From assembly GCA_045656185.1 (NCBI GenBank), contig JAZOQR010000061.1:36784-100783 (forward strand): a stretch of 64,000 bases of DNA, written 5' to 3'. The first letter of the stretch is position 1, and each line of letters opens with the position of its first letter. Shown here in pieces: positions 29,890 to 39,154 of the stretch. The stretch is from Alistipes sp. (GTDB taxonomy: Bacteria; Bacteroidota; Bacteroidia; Bacteroidales; Rikenellaceae). A model generated the notes under the pieces. The model had not been told where the DNA came from, searched no databases, and saw nothing but the letters and a program-made list of their open reading frames with translations. A program made the translations under genes and the position numbers.

Positions 29890-30901
29890 ATAGTACTTCT
29901 ACGTTCCAGTTGTGAATATCCTCCACACGGCCGTACTGAATACCCTGAAGGTGGTCGTACATCTTCTTGCAAGTCTCGCCAACCTTCATACCGTAGTCGT
30001 ATGTAACGTTGTTGTCAAGGTCATACAAAGCACCGATAGGAGAGATAACAGCAGCAGTACCGCAAGCACCTGCCTCCTCGAATGTAGCCAACTCCTCAAC
30101 AGGAATATCGCGCTCCTCAACTGTCAAACCAAGGTCAGCAGCAATCTGACGAAGGCTCTTGTTAGTGATAGATGGGAGGATAGATGCTGACTTAGGAGTT
30201 ACGTATGTGTTGTTCTTGATACCGAAGAAGTTTGCAGCACCGAACTCCTCAACCTTAGAATGAGTAGCAGCATCAAGGTAAAGAACGTTAGAGAAGCCCT
30301 TCTCGTGAGCAGCCTCCAATGACCAGATTGATGATGCGTAGTTACCACCAACCTTTACGTCACCTGTTCCACGTGGAGCAGCACGGTCCTGATCACGCAT
30401 AATAAGAGCCTTGATAGCCGACATACCGCCCTTGAAGTAAGGACCTACAGGAGCACAGAAGATGATAAGGTCTGCCTCGTCTACAGCGCGTACGCCCAAG
30501 CAAGTCTTAGTACCAAGTAGGGTAGGACGCAAGTAGAGCGATGCACCTGTCTCGTATGGTGGAACGAAGTCCAAGTTGCGCTTTACGCACTCAACGCAAC
30601 CCTCTACGAACTGCTCAACAGTAGGAGCTGGCAAGCATAGACGGTTAGCAGAGTTGATCATACGCTTAGCGTTCTCATCTGGACGGAACAAGCGTACCTT
30701 ACCATCAACACCGCGGAATGCCTTAAGACCCTCGAAGATCTCCAAACCATAGTGCAAGCAAGCTGCAGACATATGCATCTTGATGTACTCGTCGTCAGTT
30801 ACCTCCATCTGGCTCCACTGACCGTTAGCATAGTGGTAACGAACATTGAAAGCGGTCTTGTAGTACGCAAAACCAAGCTCTCCCCATTTAATGTTTTCCA
30901 T
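29888..30901 (-). CDS. ilvE: branched-chain amino acid aminotransferase
   Basis: LHYGLEIFEGLKAF, LYLRP, KVGGNYA, ILPSIT, GTAAVISP. Confidence 0.95.
   Translation of the reverse strand: MENIKWGELGFAYYKTAFNVRYHYANGQWSQMEVTDDEYIKMHMSAACLHYGLEIFEGLKAFRGVDGKVRLFRPDENAKRMINSANRLCLPAPTVEQFVEGCVECVKRNLDFVPPYETGASLYLRPTLLGTKTCLGVRAVDEADLIIFCAPVGPYFKGGMSAIKALIMRDQDRAAPRGTGDVKVGGNYASSIWSLEAAHEKGFSNVLYLDAATHSKVEEFGAANFFGIKNNTYVTPKSASILPSITNKSLRQIAADLGLTVEERDIPVEELATFEEAGACGTAAVISPIGALYDLDNNVTYDYGMKVGETCKKMYDHLQGIQYGRVEDIHNWNVEVL
30365..30380. promoter_or_regulatory. parS-like site inside ilvE (TGTTCCACGTGGAGCA)
   Basis: 15/16 match to TGTTCCACGTGGAACA. Confidence 0.5.
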
Positions 30902-30976
30902 AGTAAAAGTAAAAAGTTTAGTTGGTTATATTTTTAGGTTATGTATATCTAACCCATTAACATTCAATAATTTACA

Positions 30977-33019
30977 TTAGCCTATCATTGCACCCGACAT
31001 AGTCTTATCCTCTGGCTGCACAAGCACCAAGCGTCCAAGAGCATCCTCGGCCATAAGGATCATACCGCGTGACTCGATACCCTTAATCTCGCGTGGCGCA
31101 AGGTTGGCAAGAACAAGCACCTGACGGCCCACCAACTGCTCTGGTGTGTAGTACTCCGCAATACCCGATACGATAGTGCGCTTGTCTATACCCGTGTCGA
31201 TAGAGAGCTTTAGGAGCTTCTTTGTCTTTGCCACCTTCTCGGCTGCAAGGATTGTAGATACGCGGATATCCATCTTCTGGAAGTCGTCGAACGACACCTC
31301 TGCCTTCTGCTCGGTTACGTTCTGTGCCGCCTCGGCCTCAAGCTTTGCGCGGCGTGAAGCCTCGAGCTTGTCGAGCTGTGCCTGGATAGCATCGTCCTCA
31401 ATCTTCTCGAATAGAAGCTGTGCCTCGCCGATGGTGTGACCTGCAGCGATAAGCTCCATAGAGCCGAGCTGCTCCCAGTTATACTTCTCTACTGCGAGCA
31501 TCTTCAAAATCTTCTCTGCCGAGAATGGCATAAATGGCTCGATAGCGATAGCGATGTTTGCTGTGATCTGAAGTGCGATGTTAAGGATTGTCTTCACGCG
31601 CTCAGGATCGCTCTTAACCACCTTCCAAGGCTCTGTATCAGCAAGATACTTATTACCGATACGTGAGTATGCCATAGCATCCTTCAATGCCTCGCGGAAG
31701 TGATAGTGCTCGATGTTACGCTCCAACGATGCCTTAATCTTTTGTAGCTCCTCGATAGTAGCCTCATCATACTCTGTCAACGAGCCACGCTCAGGCACTA
31801 CGCCACCGTAATACTTCTTGGTAAGCACCAAGGCGCGGTTTACGAAGTTACCAAGTACTGCCACCAACTCAGAGTTGTTGCGCGACTGGAAATCCTTCCA
31901 AGTAAAGTCGTTATCCTTAGTCTCTGGAGCATTAGCGCATAGAACATAGCGCAACACATCCTCCTTACCTGGGAACTCATCGAGATACTCGTGGAGCCAT
32001 ACAGCCCAGTTCTGCGATGTAGATATCTTGTCGCCCTCGAGGTTTAGGAACTCATTTGCAGGTACGTTCTCTGGTAGGATGTAGTCGCCGTGAGCCTTAA
32101 GCATCGATGGGAATACGATGCAGTGGAACACAATGTTATCCTTGCCGATGAAGTGTACCATCTTAGTATCCTCACTCTTCCAATACTTCTCCCAGTCTGG
32201 CGTAAGGTCCTTAGTAGCAGATATATAGCCGATAGGAGCATCGAACCATACGTACAACACCTTGCCATCAGCGCCCTCCACAGGCACAGGAATACCCCAG
32301 TCGAGGTCACGGCTTACGGCGCGAGGCTGAAGACCGAGGTCAAGCCAGCTCTTGCACTGTCCATATACGTTTGATTTCCACTCCTTGTGACCCTCCAAAA
32401 TCCACTCGCGTAGGAAGCCCTCGTACTTATCCAATGGCAAGTACCAGTGCTTAGTCTCGCGCTTTACTGGCACAGCACCCGATACGGCACTGCGAGGGTT
32501 TATAAGCTCGTTTGAAGAGAGTGTCGAACCGCACTTCTCGCACTGGTCGCCATATGCCTTCTCGTTGTGGCAGTGTGGGCACTCACCCACGATATAGCGG
32601 TCGGCGAGAAATGTTTGCGCCTCCTCGTCGTAGAACTGCTCTGAGGTCTGCTCGATAAACTTGCCCTCGTCGTATAGCTTGCGGAAGAACTCCGATGCTG
32701 TCGCGCGGTGCGTAGGTGATGATGTTCGCGAGTAGATATCGAACGACATACCGAGCCTACGGAACGACTTTTCGATAATTTCGTGGTAGCGGTCTACAAC
32801 CTGCTGTGGGGTGATACCCTCCTTGCGTGCCTTGATAGTGATAGGCACACCGTGCTCGTCGCTACCGCATACAGATATTACATCGTAGCCCTTCAAACGA
32901 AGGTATCTTGTGTAGATGTCAGAAGGCACATAAACACCTGCCAAGTGACCAATATGTACAGGGCCATTGGCATAAGGGAGTGCCGATGTTATAAGATAAC
33001 GCTTATACTCTTTGCTCAC
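30977..33019 (-). CDS. metG: methionine--tRNA ligase with C-terminal tRNA-binding domain
   Basis: [25 protein letters not shown]-terminal OB-fold; GTG start. Confidence 0.97.
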   Translation of the reverse strand: MSKEYKRYLITSALPYANGPVHIGHLAGVYVPSDIYTRYLRLKGYDVISVCGSDEHGVPITIKARKEGITPQQVVDRYHEIIEKSFRRLGMSFDIYSRTSSPTHRATASEFFRKLYDEGKFIEQTSEQFYDEEAQTFLADRYIVGECPHCHNEKAYGDQCEKCGSTLSSNELINPRSAVSGAVPVKRETKHWYLPLDKYEGFLREWILEGHKEWKSNVYGQCKSWLDLGLQPRAVSRDLDWGIPVPVEGADGKVLYVWFDAPIGYISATKDLTPDWEKYWKSEDTKMVHFIGKDNIVFHCIVFPSMLKAHGDYILPENVPANEFLNLEGDKISTSQNWAVWLHEYLDEFPGKEDVLRYVLCANAPETKDNDFTWKDFQSRNNSELVAVLGNFVNRALVLTKKYYGGVVPERGSLTEYDEATIEELQKIKASLERNIEHYHFREALKDAMAYSRIGNKYLADTEPWKVVKSDPERVKTILNIALQITANIAIAIEPFMPFSAEKILKMLAVEKYNWEQLGSMELIAAGHTIGEAQLLFEKIEDDAIQAQLDKLEASRRAKLEAEAAQNVTEQKAEVSFDDFQKMDIRVSTILAAEKVAKTKKLLKLSIDTGIDKRTIVSGIAEYYTPEQLVGRQVLVLANLAPREIKGIESRGMILMAEDALGRLVLVQPEDKTMSGAMIG

Positions 33020-33049
33020 AACTTAGAGATTTATATTATTTAACTCCAT

Positions 33050-33125
33050 TGCGCCCTGCTCCATTTCGTGGTGCTAACCCACTGAGCCACGGGGAGTAAC
33101 ACCCTTTGTGCTACGCCCAAGCGCA
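33050..33125 (-). promoter_or_regulatory. putative structured 5' leader RNA of metG
   Basis: GC-rich segment between the TACCTTTG box (33136-33143, minus) and the start codon; closing stem UGCGC/GCGCA and inner stem CGUGG/CCACG. Confidence 0.4.
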
Positions 33126-33148
33126 TAATACGAAACAAAGGTAATAAA

Positions 33149-33405
33149 AAAAACTGAAAAGTGAAAGGGGAAAACTGAAAAGTAAACTGAAAAGTGAACT
33201 TTGCGATTAAGGTGAGAGCAGAGACAGGAGGGACAGCAGAGAGAACAGAGAGAATTTTTGATACTATGTTTCGTTGTCGTCTCTTCCGTCTCTTCCGTCT
33301 CTCTCATCTCTTTTTCTCAAAAAAGGCAAAGCCTTTTAATCATTACTAATTACTAATTTCTAATTACTAATTATTTTCTGCCCCTTTTGCCGCTTCTGCC
33401 CCTTT
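33149..33405. repeat. mosaic repeat array (CTGAAAA and CTAATTA heptamers; CGTCTCTTC and GCCCCTTTT nonamers)
   Basis: Tandem arrays are directly visible and are shared with the other intergenic loci. Confidence 0.8.
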
Positions 33406-33406
33406 T

Positions 33407-33498
33407 GTCACGCTCCGTCACATCAGTCACACCAGTAACATCAGTAACACCGTAACAAAGGGGGTATCCCCGTTACTATGTTACTCTGTTACTCTGTT
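33407..33498. repeat. inverted arrays of GT(A/C)AC iteron-like repeats
   Basis: GTCAC/GTAAC x6 facing GTTAC x3 around GGGGTATCCCC. Confidence 0.65.
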
Positions 33499-33500
33499 CT

Positions 33501-33629
33501 GATGCTGAGCGCCTCGAATTGATAAAGGTTATACGCGAGGAGGGAATGACCTTGAAAGAGATTGCAGAGAGTCTTGGTTATAAAGACCACTCTGCCGTGA
33601 GCAAACTGCTAAAGAGAAATAGCAATTAA
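33501..33629 (+). pseudogene. 3' fragment of a helix-turn-helix protein (mobile-element relic)
   Basis: DAERLELIKVIREEGMTLKEIAESLGYKDHSAVSKLLKRNSN*; an upstream in-frame stop at 33453 and no convincing start. Confidence 0.6.
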
Positions 33630-33635
33630 GTTAAA

Positions 33636-33990
33636 ATGTGAATGTGAATATGTGAATTTGCCTATGTATTTCACAATTTCACATTCACATATAACCAAAT
33701 AGTATCAGTATGAATAATAACTATAGATATCAGTTAGAGAGATATAGAGGACTTAGTACGAGATATACTTATCCTCAGTGTGGTATAAACAGATATATAG
33801 ATACTGAGAATAATATATAATATAATATATATATTATAATATCAGTGATAATATAGGTAAGTGTAACCGCATTTATATATAAGGTTACCACTATACCCCA
33901 AGACAATACTTTACTGATAACCCTCACAAGAGAGATTGTGAATGTGAAAATGTGAAATACATAGGTAAATTCACATATTCACATTCACAT
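33636..33990. repeat. pair of ~55-bp self-palindromic TGTGAA/TTCACA units in inverted orientation (33636-33690, 33937-33990)
   Basis: The second unit is the reverse complement of the first with about 3 mismatches. Confidence 0.8.
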
Positions 33991-34020
33991 ACTCCTCTAA
34001 CTCGCCCTGCACCGCCCAAA
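33710..34020 (+). pseudogene. degraded N-terminal zinc-ribbon domain of a Bacteroidetes DUF6371/PG0870-like primase-related protein
   Basis: MNNNYRYQLERYRGLSTRYTYPQCG..RYIDTENN* then ISDNIGKCNR..*GYHYTPRQYFTDNP, with internal stops and an AT-rich insertion. Confidence 0.6.
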
Positions 34021-34247
34021 TGAAACTGAAAAGTGAGAACTTAAAAGTGTGGTGCGCTTCGTGCGCGAGGTTAGTGAGGAGACTGTGGGTAATGAGTAAA
34101 CTGGGGATACTGGGGCTTTCCCCAGACTACCCAGACTACCCAGGCTACCCACAATCCCCAGCCAAAAGCCCCAAAAAAGCCCTTGGCTTTTTATAAAACT
34201 TATGCGAAGCGCACCATACTTTTCAGTTTTCAGTTTTCAGTTTTCAC
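34021..34247. repeat. mosaic repeat array: two outward-facing GCGAAGC/heptamer modules around inverted CCCAGACTA-type nonamer arrays
   Basis: CTGAAAAGTGAGAA...GTGGTGCGCTTCG on the left, GCGAAGCGCACCATAC(TTTTCAG)3TTTTCAC on the right. Confidence 0.8.
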
Positions 34248-34324
34248 TTTTTTTCCCTATCTTTGCGTGATTATGTACTTATGTGTAACGAAGCTAATTA
34301 ACTAAATAGAACTTTACTATCATT

Positions 34325-35068
34325 ATGAAACGAATACTTGTTACTGGAGCAACATCGGGTATTGGTCGTGCTACAGCATTGCGCCTTGCAAATCCCGACA
34401 CAGAGATTATCATCACAGGTCGCCGTAAGGAGCGTCTTGAGGCACTCAAGAGTGAGGTCGAGGCTAAGGGGGCAAAGTGTGTGGCGTTGAACTTTGATGT
34501 TCGCTCGGAGGCGGAGTGCATAGAGTATTTGAAGCCACTTGGTCGTGTTGATGTTTTGGTCAACAACGCAGGTCTTGCAGCCGGCTTGGAGCATATCGAC
34601 AAGGGCGACTCTGCCGACTGGGATGCTATGATTGACACCAATGTCAAGGGCTTGCTCTACGTAACCAAGATTATCAGCGGTGCTATGGTCGAGGCTGGCA
34701 AGGGTGGTCACATCATCAATATCGGCTCTATCGCTGGTACTGAGCCTTATGAGAATGGTGCGGTATATTGTGCTTCGAAGCACGCCGTACACGCTATCTC
34801 TCAGGCTATGCGTGCCGATTTGCTAAGTGCGGGCATCAAGGTTGGTGAGGTGCGCCCAGGTATGGTGGAGACGGAGTTTTCGGAGGTGCGTTTCCACGGC
34901 GACAAGGAGCGTGCTGAGGGTGTATATCGCGGTGTTGAGGCGTTGCAGGGCGACGATATCGCCTTGGCTATCGAGTGGATGCTCAACCTCCCAGCGCATA
35001 TGAATGTTAACGATATCGTGCTTATGCCTACTTGTCAGGCGGGTGCATACTACACATACCGTAAATAG
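34325..35068 (+). CDS. SDR oxidoreductase (YdfG-like)
   Basis: TGATSGIG, NNAGLAAG, YCASK, PGMVETEFS. Confidence 0.9.
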   Translation: MKRILVTGATSGIGRATALRLANPDTEIIITGRRKERLEALKSEVEAKGAKCVALNFDVRSEAECIEYLKPLGRVDVLVNNAGLAAGLEHIDKGDSADWDAMIDTNVKGLLYVTKIISGAMVEAGKGGHIINIGSIAGTEPYENGAVYCASKHAVHAISQAMRADLLSAGIKVGEVRPGMVETEFSEVRFHGDKERAEGVYRGVEALQGDDIALAIEWMLNLPAHMNVNDIVLMPTCQAGAYYTYRK

Positions 35069-35076
35069 AGGCGATT

Positions 35077-36396
35077 ATGAAGCGTAGTTTCAGAGGATTT
35101 TTTGCTGCCCTTATCTCTATTGCTATCGTGGCGTGTGCTTGTAGCAAGGATGAGGGTGATGCCCCTAAGAGCCAGCCTAAGGCCGAGCGTTACGAGGTCT
35201 TCAAATTGGTAGACCCTAATGCTATCCCATACCGTATTCCTGCGTTGGCGGTAACCAAGAGTGGTACACTTATCGCAGTATCGGACTATCGTCATAGCGG
35301 TACAGACATCGGTGTTACGGACAAAGGTCGTATAGATTTGCACTATAGCCTCTCTTACGACAATGGTCACACTTGGACCGAGGTTAAGAGTCTTATCGAT
35401 GGCAAGGGTAAGGATGCTACCGACTTTATGAGCGTAGGCTATGGCGACCCTTGTATTGTTGCCGATAGAGAGTCTGAGCGTGTGCTGATGCTTAGCTGCG
35501 CTGGTAATGTGTCGTTCCAGAATGGTACACGCCAGAATCATCAGAACATCGCTCGCTTCTATAGCGAGGATGGGGGCAAGACGTGGAGCGAGCCTGAGGA
35601 TATTGCCGAGTCTATCTATTCGCAGTTTGACGACTCGTACTATGGTCCTGTGCGCTCGATGTTCGTATCTTCGGGCCGTATCTTCCAGAGCCGTAGTGTT
35701 AAGGTGGGTAGCTACTACCGCCTCTATTGTGCTGTGTTGGTGCGAGATAGGAGTGCCAAGCATATGAACTATGTCCTCTACTCGGATGACTTCGGTGGTA
35801 GCTGGACCATCTTGGGCGATATCGATGTTCCTGCGGTTTACGACACTGCCGACGAGCCTAAGGTTGAGGAGTTGCCCGATGGCTCTATCCTTATAAGCTC
35901 ACGTTATACAGGTGGTCGCTACTACAATATCTTCACCTTTACCGATGCTAATGCTGCTCAGGGTTCGTGGAATACGCAGGTTTTCTCTGGTGCTCAGAAT
36001 GGTGGTGTTGAGGCTAAGAGCAACTCTACCAATGGCGAGGTTATGGTAGTGCCTGTAGTGCGCACCGAGGATAACGAGCCTATGCACCTATTGTTGCAGT
36101 CGTTGCCTCTTGGTCCTGACCGTAAGAATGTGGGTATCTACTACAAGGAGCTTGCCACTATGAACGACTATATCGATGTTGAGAGCTTGGCATCGGATTG
36201 GGATGGTGTTAAGCAGGTTACAACCCTTAACTCAGCATATTCGACAATGGCTTGGCAGAAGGACAACCGCTTGGGATTTCTCTACGAGGAGGAGACCTAC
36301 GGCAAGAGTAACTATGCTTATGGTGGCTATACCATTGTGTATGAGTGCTTTGATGTTGAGGATATAACTAACGGAAAGTATAAATTTCGTAAATAG
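35077..36396 (+). CDS. sialidase-family (GH33) lipoprotein
   Basis: Lipoprotein signal, YRIP motif, Asp boxes SYDNGHTW, SEDGGKTW, SDDFGGSW, and AYS. Confidence 0.88.
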   Translation: MKRSFRGFFAALISIAIVACACSKDEGDAPKSQPKAERYEVFKLVDPNAIPYRIPALAVTKSGTLIAVSDYRHSGTDIGVTDKGRIDLHYSLSYDNGHTWTEVKSLIDGKGKDATDFMSVGYGDPCIVADRESERVLMLSCAGNVSFQNGTRQNHQNIARFYSEDGGKTWSEPEDIAESIYSQFDDSYYGPVRSMFVSSGRIFQSRSVKVGSYYRLYCAVLVRDRSAKHMNYVLYSDDFGGSWTILGDIDVPAVYDTADEPKVEELPDGSILISSRYTGGRYYNIFTFTDANAAQGSWNTQVFSGAQNGGVEAKSNSTNGEVMVVPVVRTEDNEPMHLLLQSLPLGPDRKNVGIYYKELATMNDYIDVESLASDWDGVKQVTTLNSAYSTMAWQKDNRLGFLYEEETYGKSNYAYGGYTIVYECFDVEDITNGKYKFRK

Positions 36397-36405
36397 TAAC
36401 ACATT

Positions 36406-36966
36406 ATGAAAGAGGTTTTGAAGTATTACAAGGACTTCCCCAAGGAGGGTATTGTCTTTGTAGATATTATTCCATTTTTGCAGAATAAGGCTGTTTTTAA
36501 GCAGCTAACAGCTAAGGTTGCCGAGGCCTGCACAACACCAAATATCATCGCTCCTGAGGCTCGTGGTTTCTTGTTTGCTGCTCCACTTCTAACCGAGACT
36601 GAGCACATCGAAAATATCATTCCAGTGCGCAAGAGTGGTAAGTTGCCATTTGCTGAGGGCGACCTTCAGGAGGTGCTTATCGAGAAGGAGTATGGCTTCG
36701 ATAAGCTCTACTATCGTATCAGCGATATCGCAGCGGGTAGGCTCTCAGGCGATAAGTTTGAGGTGACTATTCTTGATGATGTCTTGGCTACTGGTGGCAC
36801 TGCCGAGGGCTTGGCAGAGTCGTTGGAGGCACAGAAGATTGTGGTTGACGGTAAGGAGTACGGTGTCAAGGTTAAGGAGTTTGTCTTTATCGTCGAGATT
36901 GCCGACCTTAAGGGCAAGGAGCGCTTGGAGAAGATAGCTCCAGTACGCTCAATAACAGTTATTTAG
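36406..36966 (+). CDS. apt: adenine phosphoribosyltransferase-like protein
   Basis: DFPKEGIVFVDI, EARGF, VRKSGKLP, EYG, ILDDVLATGGT. Confidence 0.8.
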   Translation: MKEVLKYYKDFPKEGIVFVDIIPFLQNKAVFKQLTAKVAEACTTPNIIAPEARGFLFAAPLLTETEHIENIIPVRKSGKLPFAEGDLQEVLIEKEYGFDKLYYRISDIAAGRLSGDKFEVTILDDVLATGGTAEGLAESLEAQKIVVDGKEYGVKVKEFVFIVEIADLKGKERLEKIAPVRSITVI

Positions 36967-36986
36967 AGATAATAAAGAGGTTGTTG

Positions 36987-39110
36987 ATGACCGATATTCT
37001 TAGTCGAGATATAAAGTTTGTAGGGGGCGTTGGCGAGGTTCGTGCGCGCCTTTTGGAGCGTGAAGTGGGTGTGCGCACTGTGGGCGACCTGCTTATGCGC
37101 TTCCCCTACCGTTATATCGACCGCTCGCGCATCTTCCGTATCAACGAGGTCGACGAGACGATGGAGAGTAGCTATGTACAGTTGCGCTGTCGTGTTGTAG
37201 GTCTTAGTTATATGGGCGAGGGAGCTAAGCGCCGTATGATTGTCGAGGTCAACGACCCTACGGGTTCTGCCGAGTTGCTGTGGTTTCACGGTATCAAGTG
37301 GATGGAGAAGCGTGTGGAGCTTCATCGTGAGTATATCATCTTTGGCCGACCATCTATATATAAGGGTCGCGTAAGCCTTGTGCACCCCGAAATAGAGCCT
37401 GTGGAGCAGGCGCTCTCGCGTAAGGAGGAGAGTGGCTTCCAGGGCATCTACTCCACCACCGAGAAGCTCTCGCAGTCGATCTCGGTCAAGGCTATGCACA
37501 CCATTGTGCATAATGCGTGGCAGTTAGTTGCGGGTAGTGCTACCGCCTTTAGGGATGCTATAGAGGATGATATGCGTCGTCGTTTGGGGCTTATACCGCT
37601 TCGCGAGGCGATATATAATATCCACTTTCCGCAATCTGCGGAGGCTCTTAAGCAGGCGCAGTATCGTCTTAAGTTCGACGAGTTGCTTGGTGTTCAGCTA
37701 ACGATACAAGCTCGTCGTAACTCGCGCCATCAGCGTGGCGGAGGCTTCCTCTTTCCGCGTGTTGGAGAGGCTTTTAACACCTTCTTCAGGGAGAAGCTCC
37801 CCTTTGCTCTTACGGGGGCGCAGCAGCGTGTTATCAAGGAGATACGCGCCGATATGGTATCGGGCAAGCAGATGAATCGCCTGTTGCAGGGCGATGTGGG
37901 TAGTGGTAAGACTATGGTCGCCTTTATGTCGATGTTGCTTGCTGTGGATAATGGCTTCCAAGCCTGCATTATGGCACCTACCGAGATATTGGCACGCCAG
38001 CATTATGCCTCTATGACTCGTTTTGCCGAGGGGCTAAATGTGAGGGTTGCCATCTTGACAGGCTCGTCTAAGGCTAAGGAGCGCCGTCTGGCACTGGAGG
38101 GTATCGCTTCGGGCGAGGTAGATATCCTTGTCGGCACGCACGCGCTTATCGAGGATAGGGTGCAATTTGCAAATTTGGGATATGTGGTTATCGACGAGCA
38201 GCACCGCTTTGGTGTTGAGCAGCGCGCCAAGCTCTGGACTAAGAACCATAGCGCACCCCATATTCTTGTTATGACCGCCACGCCTATACCTCGAACTTTG
38301 GCAATGACACTATATGGCGACTTGGAGGTCTCTGTTATAGATGAGTTGCCCCCTGGTCGTAAGCCTATACGCACCTACCACTACTACGACTCTGCGCGTC
38401 TGAGGATGTTCGGATTTCTTAGGCAGGAGATAGCCAAGGGTCGTCAGGTCTATATCGTCTACCCCTTGATTAAGGAGTCCGAGAAGATGGATTATAAGGA
38501 CCTCTACGACGGTTTTGAGTCTATGTCGCGCGACTTTCCGCTTCCGCAGTATAGGATTACCGTCTGTCACGGCAAGATGAAACCTGAGGAGAAGGATGCT
38601 GCTATGGCGCAGTTTAAGCGTGGCGAGGCAGATATCCTTATCGCCACCTCGGTTATCGAGGTTGGTGTCGATGTTCCGAATGCTACGGTTATGGTTATCG
38701 AGTCGTCGGAGCGCTTTGGACTCTCGCAGTTGCATCAGTTGCGAGGTCGTGTAGGTCGAGGTGCAGAGCAGTCCTATTGCATCCTAATGTCTGGCGAGAA
38801 GCTCTCGAAGGATGGTCGTGCGAGGCTTGATGCTATGTGTGCCACCAACGATGGCTTTGAGCTCTCGGAGCTCGACCTCAAACTACGCGGTGCTGGCGAC
38901 ATCCACGGTACGCAGCAGAGTGGCGATGCCTTCCAACTAAATATTGCCAACCTCGCTACCGATACCCAGATAATGGAGCTTACGCGCAACGAGGCTCTTG
39001 CAATCCTTGCTTTAGACCCTGAGCTTGCCAAGCCTGAGAATGCTATGCTTAGGGAGCTACGAGACCGCTATCGTAAAAAGGAGCGTCTTGATTTTTCAGA
39101 TATATCATAA
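36987..39110 (+). CDS. recG: ATP-dependent DNA helicase RecG
   Basis: RLLQGDVGSGKT, DEQHRFGV, MTATPIPRTL, LHQLRGRVGRG. Confidence 0.97.
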   Translation: MTDILSRDIKFVGGVGEVRARLLEREVGVRTVGDLLMRFPYRYIDRSRIFRINEVDETMESSYVQLRCRVVGLSYMGEGAKRRMIVEVNDPTGSAELLWFHGIKWMEKRVELHREYIIFGRPSIYKGRVSLVHPEIEPVEQALSRKEESGFQGIYSTTEKLSQSISVKAMHTIVHNAWQLVAGSATAFRDAIEDDMRRRLGLIPLREAIYNIHFPQSAEALKQAQYRLKFDELLGVQLTIQARRNSRHQRGGGFLFPRVGEAFNTFFREKLPFALTGAQQRVIKEIRADMVSGKQMNRLLQGDVGSGKTMVAFMSMLLAVDNGFQACIMAPTEILARQHYASMTRFAEGLNVRVAILTGSSKAKERRLALEGIASGEVDILVGTHALIEDRVQFANLGYVVIDEQHRFGVEQRAKLWTKNHSAPHILVMTATPIPRTLAMTLYGDLEVSVIDELPPGRKPIRTYHYYDSARLRMFGFLRQEIAKGRQVYIVYPLIKESEKMDYKDLYDGFESMSRDFPLPQYRITVCHGKMKPEEKDAAMAQFKRGEADILIATSVIEVGVDVPNATVMVIESSERFGLSQLHQLRGRVGRGAEQSYCILMSGEKLSKDGRARLDAMCATNDGFELSELDLKLRGAGDIHGTQQSGDAFQLNIANLATDTQIMELTRNEALAILALDPELAKPENAMLRELRDRYRKKERLDFSDIS

Positions 39111-39154
39111 ACCGATTATATAACCGTTATAATAGTAAATAAAACATAGATATT

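Noticed and set aside
33050..33125. tRNA gene, SRP RNA or ZTP riboswitch upstream of metG
   Set aside because: No T-arm (GTTCRA) or acceptor stem; no GNRA-capped SRP helix; CCACGGGGAG is on the wrong strand and lacks the other ZTP elements
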